A DNA stretch of 64,000 nucleotides, from assembly GCA_964035545.1 (NCBI GenBank), contig OZ037765.1:28581504-28645503 (forward strand), written 5' to 3'. The notes beneath the pieces are model-generated. The model saw nothing but the letters and a program-made list of their open reading frames with translations. It was not told where the DNA came from and ran no database searches. The position numbers were made by a program, and so were the translations under genes. The stretch comes from Bugula neritina. Lineage: Eukaryota > Animalia > Bryozoa. This document shows positions 35,111 through 48,430 of the stretch, one piece after another (within the stretch, counting starts at the first letter, position 1; every line of letters begins with the position of its first letter).

Positions 35111-38100
35111 ATGGCTGAAGTACCATCCTTGTTGTCAATGGATGTTAAATCTCCATTGGCCATGACTGGTGGCGGGGGTAATCTTGGGGAAGACTTTTTT
35201 GTCCGAGTTCGTGGCCTTCCATTTTCTGCTTCAGCTCATGAAATTGTGGAATTTTTGCATGGTGAGTAGTTTTTTTAACTAGACTATATATGTGCTCTGT
35301 AGGTTAAATGATGAACTGTATATACAGTTAGTTATTGTGATTTTTGCTAACATAGTGTAATGGATTTTAACGCTCTAGTAGTTATATCGCGTCACTATTA
35401 TAATTGACTTAGCGTAACTTTCTAAATACTGATTAACTGTTGTAATTATAACTAAGCTCTTAGCGTAATGATTGTGAATTGCCTTCCTATTTTTATTGTT
35501 TGTTTTTGAGTTACTGTAATAGTTTTTGGAGTTATGTTTCCCCGCCACTTTCTTTTTGCGAGATAATAATTAAGTATGTGAGCCGAAGCTCGGCCGAAAT
35601 CGAAGCCAAAGGTACGACTTTGGAAGGGTCTGCTCGAATCGGCTGAGTTTCGGACCCTCCAGTGGCGGGAAATTTTTGCAATGTATAAGGGCGAGCTTTT
35701 TCCAGTGCAAATCAGTTTCACACTGGAGCTCACCAAGGAAGGAACTAGATACAAATAAAGATCATCAGATTCAACTTTCAGAAGACTTTTTATTTCAACA
35801 AATAACAACATTGGCATGCAGACTACTTGGTCTATTTCATACAAACCCGTAAAATCATAACAATAGTAATGAACTGTACCTTTGCATTGAATTGACCTGA
35901 ATTAAATCCCTCAATGCAGCTCATCTACAGAGAGAAATACTTGTTATACTCTTATCGTTGTTACATCTAGATGTGCGAATTGTGGGTGGTGAAGCAGGAG
36001 TGACCTTTACATTCACCAGAGATGGCAGAGCAAGTGGTGAAGCATACATATGCGTACAAAGTGCACAAGATCAAGCTGTTGCTCTGGATCACAACAAAGA
36101 GCATATTGGCAATCGATATATTGAAGGTGGCTTTTAAATTCTATGCTCTCACTTTTTGGTACATGTAGCTCAACTCTGAGACTTAAGTACTGACTGTGAA
36201 TATTTTTGTGAATATTTTAGTTTTCGAAGCAAATAGAGAGGAGATGGAGTATGTTGTTAAAAAAAGTGGTCCAAATCCTGGCAATTCTACTGAAGGTGTT
36301 TTGCGGATGAGAGGTTTGCCCTTTGGGTGTAGCAAAGAAGAGATAGTACAATTTTTTGCGGGTATGGAATTTATGGTATTGTTTCCTACGTGGTGTGTTT
36401 TTTCAACTTTACAATTGCTGATCTCTATATGCTGATTCATATCACAGAAATCTTACTGCAAGTCTGAAACATTTCAATACTGGCCTGGCATAAAACAACT
36501 CTGAGCTGTATAATTCTCCGGCATCTCTGTATATCTTTTAGATGAACTTCAACTCATCAGCTACTAACTAACTGTGAATGTATCATTTACCCTTTCAGTA
36601 GGCTCAATGGGCTTATACTGGTATAATATTCGTGTTTGTTGTGTTGGTTAAATTGTGGCATGTGTATTTTATTTGGGAAGGGTATGAAATAGTGCCAAAT
36701 GGCATTACGATGACAACCGATCACCAAGGGAGGACTTCGGGGGACGCCTATGTTCAGTTCTCATCGCAGCATGTAGCGGAAAGGGCTATCACAGACAAAC
36801 ATACAAAGAGAATAGGGCACAGGTTGGTGGGAGCTGGGAGGAGGTCCGCGTAGATTTGTGTACAAGAGTGGGCTGTATAAGCAAGGTGGGATTGTGAGGG
36901 TTGGTTGGTACCAGGTCTGGGTTTGTCACTTAGCAGTCGACTGCATCTTTCCTTCAGTTGCACTTCTATATCAATATTTTGCATCATATTTTTCTGGATT
37001 TGGGAATTTCCAAGGCTCAAGGCAATGACTTACTAGCAGGTCTCAAAGTGATACATTCATAATTCATAATAATAAGCACAAGGAGTATAATGTGACGTGT
37101 AATATTCAAACATAAGTCACAAGAAAATAAGCTGAAATAGAACAATATTATAACATATAAGACAACTTCGTAATACAAAATTTGTTAGCTTAACAAAATT
37201 GGTGGTTGTCTGCACATGTCTACTCATAATGAGCTCTGTAAAGTATTGTAATTCAAAATTGTGTTTCTGATTACCTCGATTGTCATTATTAGTTTCGTAG
37301 TGTTTAGCTCACCAGGAATACTTTCAACACAGACGAGTGTTGGATACAGTGATTTGTAATTCTGCAGGTATATTGAGTTATTTCGGAGCACAATCATGGA
37401 GGCTCGACAAGCAGCTGTTGGGGGAAATGCAGGGGGCCCGCCTGGCCGTAGTAGGCCGATGAGGCCAGCTCCCTATGAAAGACCTGAAAGGTTCGGTGGC
37501 TCACGAGGGCAAGATTCCTACTTTCCACCTAGAGAGAGATATGGAGGTGGTGGCAGTAGTGGAGGGCATGGTGCAGGCGGTGGTCGATTCAGAGGTAAGG
37601 TATCTTGTTCATTGAGAGTTTGACACAACTCGCCTTATAGTGTGTGCTGTGTAACTCCTAACAGAATGTTAATGAAGTTTTACCAAGAGAAGTAGTTATA
37701 TTTGTGTAACTATTATGACTGAATGTTCTAGATTTTGGAGGTGATAGATACAACTCTGGTAGAGGAGGACGAGGGAGAGGGGGTCGAGGTGGCGCGGTGC
37801 GAGGAAGTAGATCAGGAGGGGGCAATAACGGCGCCGATCATTCTAGTGTTACTGGGCATTCAGTGCATATGAGGGGATTGCCTTTCTCTGCTAATGAACC
37901 TGTAAGTGTTCTGCGTTCCACTAACATGCTCATTGTATTCAGTCTAATACTATAAGTCTGATTTCTGAATCATTTGATGTTCTAAAGTTGTGTTTTGTTG
38001 ACTGAAACAAAAAATTAGGTTTTATGTTGCTGGCATACAGTGTGTTTTGTGGTATTTGATAGTGCAGTTATATTCATTATATCATCACCGTAAAAGATTT

Positions 38101-38722
38101 TGTCACAATGATATTCTGTTGTAAGGATATAGTGAGATTCTTCCACCCGCTGCCAGTGGTAGACGTTGTGATTGGTCTGAATGAAGATGGCAGAAAATCT
38201 GGAGAAGCTGATGTGGACTTTGAAACTCATGAAGATGCATGTGAAGCTATGAAAAAAGATAAATCAAATATGGGTAACCGCGGCCATTTCTTCTCCCATT
38301 TCATGTCTTCTAAGATTTTTGTCTCTATAGTCTATACATTATTTTGAAGTGCCTGCACAGAGCAGTCTAAACAGTTGAATACTATTGTTTCAGAGCACCG
38401 GTATATAGAGCTGTTTCTCAACTCCAGCTCTTACGGCGGTGGTGGAGGAGGGGGTATGCGTTTACAAGGAGGGGGATCCTTTCCTATGAGAGACAACTAT
38501 CATCCTTCACACCAGACTGGAAGACTTGGAGGCTCACACTATCAACCAGGGTGAGAATGTATAGCTTCTTGGTATCAGTCAGTCTAAGAACTTTATATGT
38601 TGTGGCAGTCACACTAACAAGCAGTATAACATATGGTGGTTGGCAGTACTGTTACTGCCATTTCTAAGAGTTGTGTAACTTGGTTTTCTGTGTTGAATAA
38701 TAATCTTTTCAGATCAGAATAA
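35111..38722 (+). CDS. HNRNPH: hnRNP F/H family protein (three qRRMs, Gly/Arg-rich linkers)
   Basis: Exons 35111-35261, 35971-36126, 36221-36361, 36681-36822, 37368-37594, 37732-37901, 38126-38273, 38394-38550, 38713-38722 (last exon uncertain); [68 protein letters not shown]. Confidence 0.93.
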
Positions 38723-40591
38723 CTGCCTACATTATTACTGAAATTGGGATTGTTCATGCTTGTCTCATTCATTGCCTCAATTAACCACCTAATTGGTGTG
38801 GTTGCATTTTGTAGTGAAATACCAGTAATTTGTGTCTATTTGAAATAGTGTCTTGTGTAAATGTGGTAGAAGGTCACAGTAAATAAGTTAGTAGCCTGTG
38901 TATGTTATATTAGTTGCTGAATTTGCTAGACTCGTTCTCTGAATGTTCTAAACCCGAGACCAGCTACTAGTTGTAGAATCTAGTATATATATGTTTGCTA
39001 GAATACTCTTTGTGTTTGTAGACTTGCTGAACGATATTCCAATAGAGCAGGTGAGCTCTAATATTCATAGTCAGGTCTCTTTTGCAGATCAATAAGTCAA
39101 TATATTTGAGATTGTCTTTTTGAGATTTCTACTATTTTTAATGCTTTTTCTACTACACAACGGCAGTGGAAGTGAAAATTAAAAATTGATGCACCCCTTT
39201 CAACTTTACAGTTCTATAAATCTACATTCTGATGCAATGCTTTTTACTATACTTTTAGATGTGTTTAAAGCCAATGTTTTTGGTGTATATGTTTTGGTAA
39301 TCAGTCCTATAAACTGCTTCCCAAGTTGTGCTCATGGCGCCATAATGTTATCTAGCAGTATATGCAGGGCCAGGTCATTGGCTCATAATTGTATATTTGC
39401 TAGTCTTATAATATTATGATTCAAGATGAGATAATTTTTTATATTGCAGATGTTGGAGGATTCTCGGATGACTTTATATAACTCTTCATTTCTCAATATC
39501 CTTCAGAATCTGTATATTGTAATAAAAGCTGCTATTATATAATGATTCCATTTCGTCTTTTATTTTAGTACATTCTTGCTTATCGATGTATATATTGCTT
39601 ATGTTAGATAAATCCCTCAACTAGTGTAAATCAAATAAAACTTTATATAATGAATATATAACACAACTAAGTTATTAGTTTTTTGTTAGTTCGTTTCATT
39701 AAATGAATAATTACTACAAAGTTGATATACACCAAGTTTCATCATCTCTAGCTCTAATTTCTTACCATTTCTATTGGGTCACATTATTTGGATTTTAAAG
39801 TTTTAGCTAGCTACAGACTACAGTATGTTGCTTACCTGTAATAGACTGGTGGTTAAACGGTTAAGAGAGAGGAAAATTGCTCTGCACAAATAGTACAAGT
39901 TTATAGCATTACATGCTTTGGCACATGCTAGTAATATAATTGTAAATAAAACTATGAGAAGCGTTGTTTAATAAGTAAACAAATTTATTCTGTAAGATTA
40001 TAATAGAAGACTGGTTGCTTTAGTTAGAAAAAGTTGCTACATCCTTCATCTGTTTAGGACTGTATCAGTTGCCATGCTGACCACGTGGTCAGTAGAATAG
40101 CAGGAGATCAATGGCTTTATTGGAATTTAAACCCCCTACCTAGTTGCAGCGCTGTGTCATACTATAGGTCAGATCATATGACTATCGTTTTCAGTAAATA
40201 AAAGTGTAACATATTAAATATGGCTAATCACTATTTATTAAAATCTTTTGTGGCTTTTGGCAATAGCTTGAAAATCAATGGGCCGCTTACGTATCACCTA
40301 TACAGCTGTAATCCTGCACGGGTAGCGTAACACTAAAGGTAGTTTATTTTATTATAAGATGCTATTTTTATAGGTATGCATTTTTCACTTTTATGGCTAT
40401 TATTTTAAAACCTGCCTTTAAATTTAGTAGATGAAAATTTATTTTGTAATGACATAATTTCATAACTAGTCGTTGTATATAAATAATGTACATTGTAGTT
40501 TTATTTATAGTAAAGTTTATGTAGCATCTTAAGAGAATGTGTAAGAACAATATATTAAATATACATTATATCTGTCAAGTTTGAACTTTGA

Positions 40592-41274
40592 CCCCCTATT
40601 CACACTTACCGTACCGTACGCCGTAACAGCAGATTTTAGCGATTCTTGTTAACATCCGGAATAAATCGTACTCCGGTATACGTTGCGGCGCTGATCAAGC
40701 AGTGCTTGATTCAAAAAATCACGGCGGGCTCCTATTGGGTAGAGTTGATCTGGTACTAAAATTTAAAGAACATTTTCGCTAGTTTATTTTAATCGCTTAT
40801 TTTTGATTTAATTTAATCAATTCAAAAGTTTTAAAAGATTAAAAAATCTTTATCCGGCTTGTTTGAATTAAACTTAGCTTAAAAATCTAGCTTTCCTTAA
40901 TCCCAAAATCAAGCAAACCAAAAACTTAAAAATGATTTGGACGGCTTAAATATTCATTATTTAAATTAGTTTGCACAATTATTTTAAAAACGAATATATT
41001 TAAAAGAAAGATTCTTTTTATGTAATTGCTTTTATTTAGTAAATAGCATTTGTATCACATCTTTTGATAAGAATGTTGCGAATAATTTGTAAATAATATT
41101 CAAAGGCGTTCAAATCACCGCAGACACGAGTTGGCTTTATTATGATTGATCACAGCTCACCGTCATGCATTGTACTTTTACGGCAATGTGTGAACACCCG
41201 TCGACAAAATGCAACAGCGTCGCCATTTTATTTTTGCTGTTACGGCGTACGATACGGTAAGTGTGAATGAGGGG
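40592..41274. mobile_element. Non-autonomous DNA transposon (PIF/Harbinger-like MITE)
   Basis: ~40-bp TIRs CCCCCTATTCACACTTACCGTACCGTACGCCGTAACAGCA / TGCTGTTACGGCGTACGATACGGTAAGTGTGAATGAGGGG; flanked by TGA and TTA (imperfect 3-bp TSD). Superfamily call is tentative. Confidence 0.8.
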
Positions 41275-41483
41275 TTAGTACTGGTTAAACAGCTGTTTAT
41301 CTTAATAGTATTACGTAATAAACTACAATCAACTCGGATAGTCAGCCATGTGCTAGTTTCAACATCTCACCATTGTAACTTGTATGATGTTTTGCAAGTT
41401 CAAATGCTGAATACTGCATCGCCTACATGCATTATGTTTCATTACTTCCTTGATAACAATGCTATTTTATACATGCTTTTCAG

Positions 41484-42166
41484 GCCCACAAAAAGTGCTT
41501 GATAAACATGGGAAACCAGGAGATATTGCATCTAGTATCAAAGGATACGCTCTACCTCTTTCACCAACACCACTTTCTGGCATGTACAATATATATGGTG
41601 GCAAAACTCTACTCACTTTCAAGCTTGATCAAGATGAATCAAGTTTTTGTGATTTGCCAAGTGCTCAAATGTTTTGGGAAATGATAAAATTCTGGCTAAT
41701 TTTTACATGTTTAAACTTCGCTGCCTGCATGATTTATCAGTTACAAATAGTGAACATTTAAAAAACTGATCTTACCATACGCTCAAATGTCTTAGGAGAG
41801 GGTAACATTAAGGCTGGTTTTTACACTTTGTTGTCTGCGGGATTTATCCATGGCTACTGCCTCATGTGTTGCAAGTGAAATATTTCATTTTAATTCTTGA
41901 TAAAGACATTAGTATCCTCTGGTTTTGTTTTATTCACCAATGAAATGAGCTGGCTGAGTTCAGGTTGAATATACCAACTATTTAAATTTAACAGCATAAC
42001 ATTTGTTAAAATACAAATACAATGTCAAACAAACATACAAGAAAATCTGTTTCAGGGACTTCAACTTGGCCCCACAGAAGCCTCAAAATACTGGATATAC
42101 TGAATGCCAGCTCAGTATATCAATGCTATTAAAGACACCATCTTAGGGAAATGGGGAAGTTTGTAG
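41484..42166 (+). pseudogene. Partial UBFD1 pseudogene (3' exons) inside the inverted duplication
   Basis: KVLDKHGKPGDIASSIKG...TFKLDQDE is truncated at ~41640; the ERTQKIKMGS exon is missing; last exon 42056-42166 has TGG>TGA at 42101-42103. Confidence 0.9.
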
Positions 42167-42674
42167 AAATACCTAAGATGCTCCATAAGTGTATGTATGC
42201 TGATCAATTACAGTAACTAATGTTGATAATGTATCGATATTATAGTCATGGTATTTTGTGCACAGCAAAACCTGTGGGTTCTTCATTAAATGTTGAGGTA
42301 TTATTTATGTTTTGGTCTGTTTCTTGCGACACTTTTCAGTTACTTAAAAATTCTCTTGAATATAAAAATATGAAATATCATTTATTTTGCAAATAGAATC
42401 TAATAATCTCAATAAATAATTTAAAAAGTTAAATATATGTTTATAAAGTGAAAATTTAATTAATCAACAAAAATATGAAAATATCTGATGAAAAAGAATT
42501 AGTATCAACCAATACAGAAAAAACACTACAAGGAAGCACTTGAAAGACATGATTGACATATGGTAGTAATGAGAAAATCTGCTAATTGTTGATGTCAAAA
42601 CATTTTCTAATATTTAATAGATTACAATACAACATGTATTCAAAATATCAGCTGAAGTGATTATAGAGATGATG

Positions 42675-45106
42675 TCAGTCATACTCTGAGCCAATAGTAA
42701 TACTCATTTCACCAGGATGAATGTATGTGGAGTGATACCACATGTTTGTGTCCACCAGTACTGTAAGATAAATGAAAATCATCATCTGCATGCACATTGC
42801 ACAAATAATAATGTTAGCTTATAAACCCAAGGTTACCACACAATAATGCTTTGTAATTTCAAGCTGATCAAATACCTAAAGGCTGAGCATGTTTCTTTTA
42901 ATTAAAAGTTTCCACTACCTACAAAATGTATTTCTACATCCAAGGTTAAATATATTACATTATATAAAAACTACAGTTTCATTATAATTCTATTGACACT
43001 TTACCAGCAAATTTCATTCTAGTTTTTGTTAACTTACTGATATCACCTTTCTCCATGGTAGCATTCAGTGATTTACACACAGAATCACACTCAGGAGATG
43101 GTATTATTTTCCATGACTTTTTCCCAGCAATCATTGCTTGCCATGAGGGTCTTTGAACATAATCAATCTATAAGGCAATCACAGATAAGCTAAATCTGAG
43201 CATTCATTACAAATTTTATTATCTACAAGGAAAGGCATTTTGTGGAAAAAAATAATGAAAGGAATTTCGTTAAACAAATGATCGTCATCTTTCTAATTTA
43301 AATTTCTTAAAATAAGAAAATTTTCGAAAAATATATCGATTTCAATTATTATTATCATTCAAACTTGTCCGTGGATAAGTACCACCAAGTAGTAAATATA
43401 TTATATCCACCAGGGCAGCTGGGAGCAGTCTGAGCGTTGAGTCACCAGTAACAAACATCTTGAAAGAATGGGTTAACTTATAAGTATAGTAACAGCCAAA
43501 CCCTGGAGCTTAATTTAACCATTATCTAAAGTCTTAACACATATCAATTGTCAATATAAACTGTATGCTCTGAAGATGACCAAATAATTTGAGTTTAAAT
43601 AAATTAAGTGGTTCTGCAAGCTATTTCTAACAAAGGTTTTAACTAGAGTGGATATTATATTGTGCATAGGACAAGCAAAACTCTCACTCTCTCTCATTGG
43701 ATCTTGTAGAATCCTAAAGGGCCCACATAAAGGAAAAGTAGTTTAAGACAGTGACTGTGAACAATTTAAGATAACAATGGGAAAGAGCAGCAGGGACTGT
43801 GAAATCGTTCAACCCTCTACATACATGAATGTTAGCTCCACCACCAAATCCACCCATAAACAACCAGTCTAAATTGCTAGATTCTGAATCATCAGGGAGA
43901 AAGGTTGGAACGGTGTAATGGCGGCGGAGTTCCCTTGCCACATCTGGATGGCAGTTACTCCTTCAAATAGCATGAACAAGTTGAACACATGGTATTTCAT
44001 TATAAAACATCCAGTCATTTACACTTCATAAAGTTTGAATATTAAAACTATTTTAAAGTTTCAAGTTACAAATCTCAAAACTACCGCATTGCATGGAGTT
44101 AGTGAGTTGTATTGTATTGAGTTAACGAGCTCACATGAAATATGAGACTATCTCTTGTAGAATAAAAAGTGCTACATCCTTGTTAAACCCAGGCACAAAA
44201 ATTGTCACTTCAAGTACAAATGACTTTTGTGCCTGTTTTTGTTGTTGAGAATAAATGATTTCAAAAGTCACATTTTTTCATGTTAGTCTCCAGCACTCCT
44301 GCACCCAGCAAAAGACACCACAGAACACATGTAGTTCACTCTCTCACACAAATGGGTAGACAATGCAACAATTATGAGCTAAGCAACAAAATTCGTCAAC
44401 ATCAAGCAAATATTAAAAGCATTATCTATAATTAATGTTGGTTAGAATTTCACCAAAATATAAAAATAATAAAATTAAATGAGTTCACTTACCAGCCAAC
44501 ATACCACTCTGGCTGCCCAGGCGCCAACCTACTTTGTTCTTTTGGCATTTCAAATACTTCTGCTAAAGATAAAAAACTTGTCTTGTAAGGGAAGAATTGG
44601 CAACCTTCATCCACAGCTTCTAATGCACCTTCTGTTAGTTCGTAAAGATTTTTCAAATAGTCGAAACTAAAGGTGTGCAAAGCAGTCCAATTCTTAGCGC
44701 CATTCTTTACAAGCAGTGGAATGCCAGTGTAAGCATACTTTGAGAGAAACAGATCTTTAGTTAGGAGATTTCCATCTATAGTAGGAACCTGGTCCATATC
44801 TTTGCACACATCACACTGAACAGCAGGCCGTGAAACCTCCAGAGCTAGAAGGTTGTTACCCACAATGCATCTGGGATCTATAGTGTCATAGTATATAGCA
44901 AACAACATGGATATCATTAAAGTCACCAGATAAAAGACTACCATATATCTACATTTCCATATGCTACGATATGCTGGCAATGATTGACCAACAACCAACT
45001 TCTTGTACACTTGGTGTAAATCAGACTGAGAAATTCCATCCCTCAAAGCTTCTTGGTAGACATCTTTCAATTTCAAAGAAATATTTTCTTTATTTGATAG
45101 ACGCAT
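42675..45106 (-). CDS. Membrane-anchored JmjC/cupin oxygenase, copy B, 321 aa
   Basis: Exons 44493-45106, 43825-43960, 43038-43167, 42675-42760; same exon lengths as copy A, intact HxD...H triad (IH|IDYV; WYHST). Confidence 0.88.
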
Positions 45107-47679
45107 ACTAGGCGTGCTGTGCTACGATAACCTACAATATAGTTTTCAAGATTGGTTCAACAACGGTCTACTTTTTCACAAAAGATTTAACATCTTCTAC
45201 TCTTTAAACATCAACAACTAAATGTTCAAATGAGTTTTCTGTTTACTAAGTTTCTGTGATTATTGACATTACAATGTCTACTTCTTTTAACTAGCACTGC
45301 AAGACAAGCCCCGTAAAAATTACTAGTTATTTTTCGTACACAAAATGGCTATGAAACTATTGAATGTATACATATCATTCAACCACAAATTACTACTTGA
45401 TTGTAATATTAACAGACATATTATAATAACAGAAATTGGTTTATACTTCTAGTTTATTTAAAAGAAAAATCCTGCAATGAAAAATTAAAAAAGCAGGCAA
45501 AATAACAAACGACCACAATGATCATACAATTGTAGAAATAAACACTGCAAAAAACCCTGAATAGGTATTCAGCTATATTCATACGACCAAATGATACCAG
45601 CAAAAATACCAGTAGTCTCCCTAATAGATTAAATATAAATCAGCGCATTCCCTTATCATTTAGGAAGCTAATCTTACTAACATTAAAACTGCAGTAAATT
45701 TCAAATGACTTAGATCTGGCTTTCTCTCAGATCTGATTAATAGAAAACAAGTAAGTAACTTTCCTTATCAGAGCATTATAAGTAGCTGCTAATAATATAT
45801 GATGTAAAAACAGCCAGTAGTAAATAGGTAGCTAAAACATTAAATTAGAATTGGAATTAGGTTTTAGAAAAATAAAATTGTCTTCTATTAGACTTTTACT
45901 TAATGATAAGATTGTGTTCTAAGCTTATAATCAACTTGAAAAAATAAAATCCAAAAAATCTTACAATGCTACTATTTACGAAAAATTGTCAAGTATGCTA
46001 GTAATAACATTAAACATCTTTATAATGGAGGTTCAAATGTTATAACTTTTGCAATATAAAAATGGGTAACAAACACTTAAAATGGCTTTTTATTCATACA
46101 GGTATTACATAAAATTTAATTATACGGAATCCCAATCTTTAGTGAGCAAATCCATGGCTTTTTATCATTTCTAAGAAGCTTTGTAAACATAAAAATAGCT
46201 AAATAAAAATTATCAGTATTTGAGACGATTTGATACAGCATCAGTGGTACTATTTTTTTAAAGTAAGAATAAAATTGTATAAGAAGTCAGAAAGCACTAG
46301 AGACCAATTTTAGTGATGTGGAAATTTTTTCAGTAAAATTCTGATTGATGCAGAGCTTAGTTTAAAGTAAGATCTTGCAGTTGCTATTGTGTTTATATGA
46401 TCTTCATGTACATAATATCATGATAAGCAGATAACCATTATGAGAAATTTTTATCAAACTTGCAAAAGGTTTCATCTTGAATAAAATTTCAAAAATGAAA
46501 AATGTACATGTTTAGTTTAGTTTCTTCAAAATGGTTCTAAAAATGTACAGTCAAATAAACTAATACTCAATAAATATATACTAAAATATTTATAATGTTC
46601 TAGAAATTTGGTTAGATATAGTAAAGCCAGACTATTATAATCCATGCTGTCAGAGTAAGTACTTGTCAAGCACTTGCTGACTTCTCAAGTACTTGAAATT
46701 CTTTTACTTAGTCTTTGGTTAACAATCAGTATTACCTGGCTTGCCTTTCTCATTAACTTGACTTAAAAGTTAAAACTGTTTAATAACTAACTCAAACTGC
46801 GAGTACAAGTATGAAAAGCTGACGAGTTAAATGTGGTATTAACTAAATTCACTTCCAACATACTTTGTAGCTAGTAGTACTGGTAGTACTACTACTAGTA
46901 GACTTACAGTTACTGTTAGTGTTACTTACTACTACTACTAACCTTAGGCTTAAGATATATAAATTATTTGCTTAATATTATTCTTAGTATTACTATTACA
47001 GTAATACTATTACTATTAGTATTAGTATTAGTATTACCATTAGTAATTCGTGATTAACATATATTTTAATTATTTAATTTTTGAATAAATTAAATTATCA
47101 ACTATAAATACATTGCTATCACGAATAACAACCTTAACTCACTAGTTAGACTGCCGGGTGCAATACAACACCAGAAGAAAACTGTTCCACTTCTAGTATC
47201 ATTCCTGTGGTTAGGTTTCCTTTAAATGTAATCAATAAGAACGCAATTTTGTTTCGAACATGGCTATAAGCTGTACCAAGTTAGCGGTCACTCAGTGTAT
47301 TGGTTGGGAGATGTTTGTGGGGCGAAGTTTACACGCAGAGTGTTTATAGTTTATGCAAACTGTGCACTTTGTCACCCAAAATCTAATGCTGTTTCTAGCG
47401 ACATTCATTTGTTTCGCTAGTGAAACGTTGCCCACGAGCTTTATCGTCATGAACACGATAATAACGGCAATACTTGTTGAATTTAATATATCCTCCGTCA
47501 TAGTTATTGCACTAAACAAAGTGAGAACTCATACTATAGCGTTTATTTTTGTAAACAGCACGTGCAAAGCATAGCAAAAGGATAACTCTTTCGCTCTAAA
47601 TCGAAGTAGGACCTCACTATTGCAAAAAGTTGAAAAACTTAGTATACAAATACTTTAACTTCAAGTCTTTAATTTAGTC

Positions 47680-48430
47680 TTATGTATTATTAATATTATA
47701 GTTATATAGTAAGGGGTATTCTAATACTAGGAATAAGTACTAATTTACTTATAGTTATAGTTATACTCATAGTCATACTGATAGTGATAGTGATACTCCC
47801 AGTTTAGTACTAGTTATACTTATTCTTATAGTTATTGTTAATGTTATTGTTATATATACTAAGTCCAATACTAATAGTAATAGTAATACTAATAGTAATA
47901 CCAATAGTCATAGTGACTATTACTGATACTAAACTAAACGTAGGTAATACTTATACTAATACTAATACTAATAGTAGAGTGAGTAATAGTAATAGTAATA
48001 CCTACTTTTATCATTATCATTATGATTATGATTATCATTATGCTTATACTTAATCTCATAGTTATAGTTATTAGTTATACTCTAACTTATAGTTATGCCT
48101 TATACTCATAGTTGTAGATTATTAGATATTTATTGTCATGCTGGTGATCACAGTATGGGTATGAGTAACTGAGTTTGCTGAGTCTAATATTATCATTTAA
48201 GCTTAGTTTTTACCCTTATACTTATAGTCATAAGTCAAACTTAATGCTATACTTAACTTTATAGGCTATGCTTATGGCTATAGCAAAACTTAAAGTTAAA
48301 GACCTAAGTACCTGTGTTTACAACTACAGTCAGTGTCACATTCACATTGATTACTTGTTACTTCAATATAGTAATAATATAAGTAATACTAATAATGATA
48401 GACTAAATTAAACACTAATAGTAATAGTTT
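47680..48430. repeat. Degenerate (aatagt/ttatag/ttatac)n tract
   Basis: Visible hexamer periodicity upstream of the qRRM paralogue. Confidence 0.85.

Noticed and set aside
35452-35844. 130-aa minus-strand ORF in hnRNP F/H intron 1
   Set aside because: No domain motifs or supporting splice structure; the GC-richer core looks like a repeat fragment I cannot classify.
47835-48053. Hydrophobic or Asn/Thr-rich ORFs in low-complexity tracts (also 61359-61655)
   Set aside because: Translation artefacts of the hexamer repeats.
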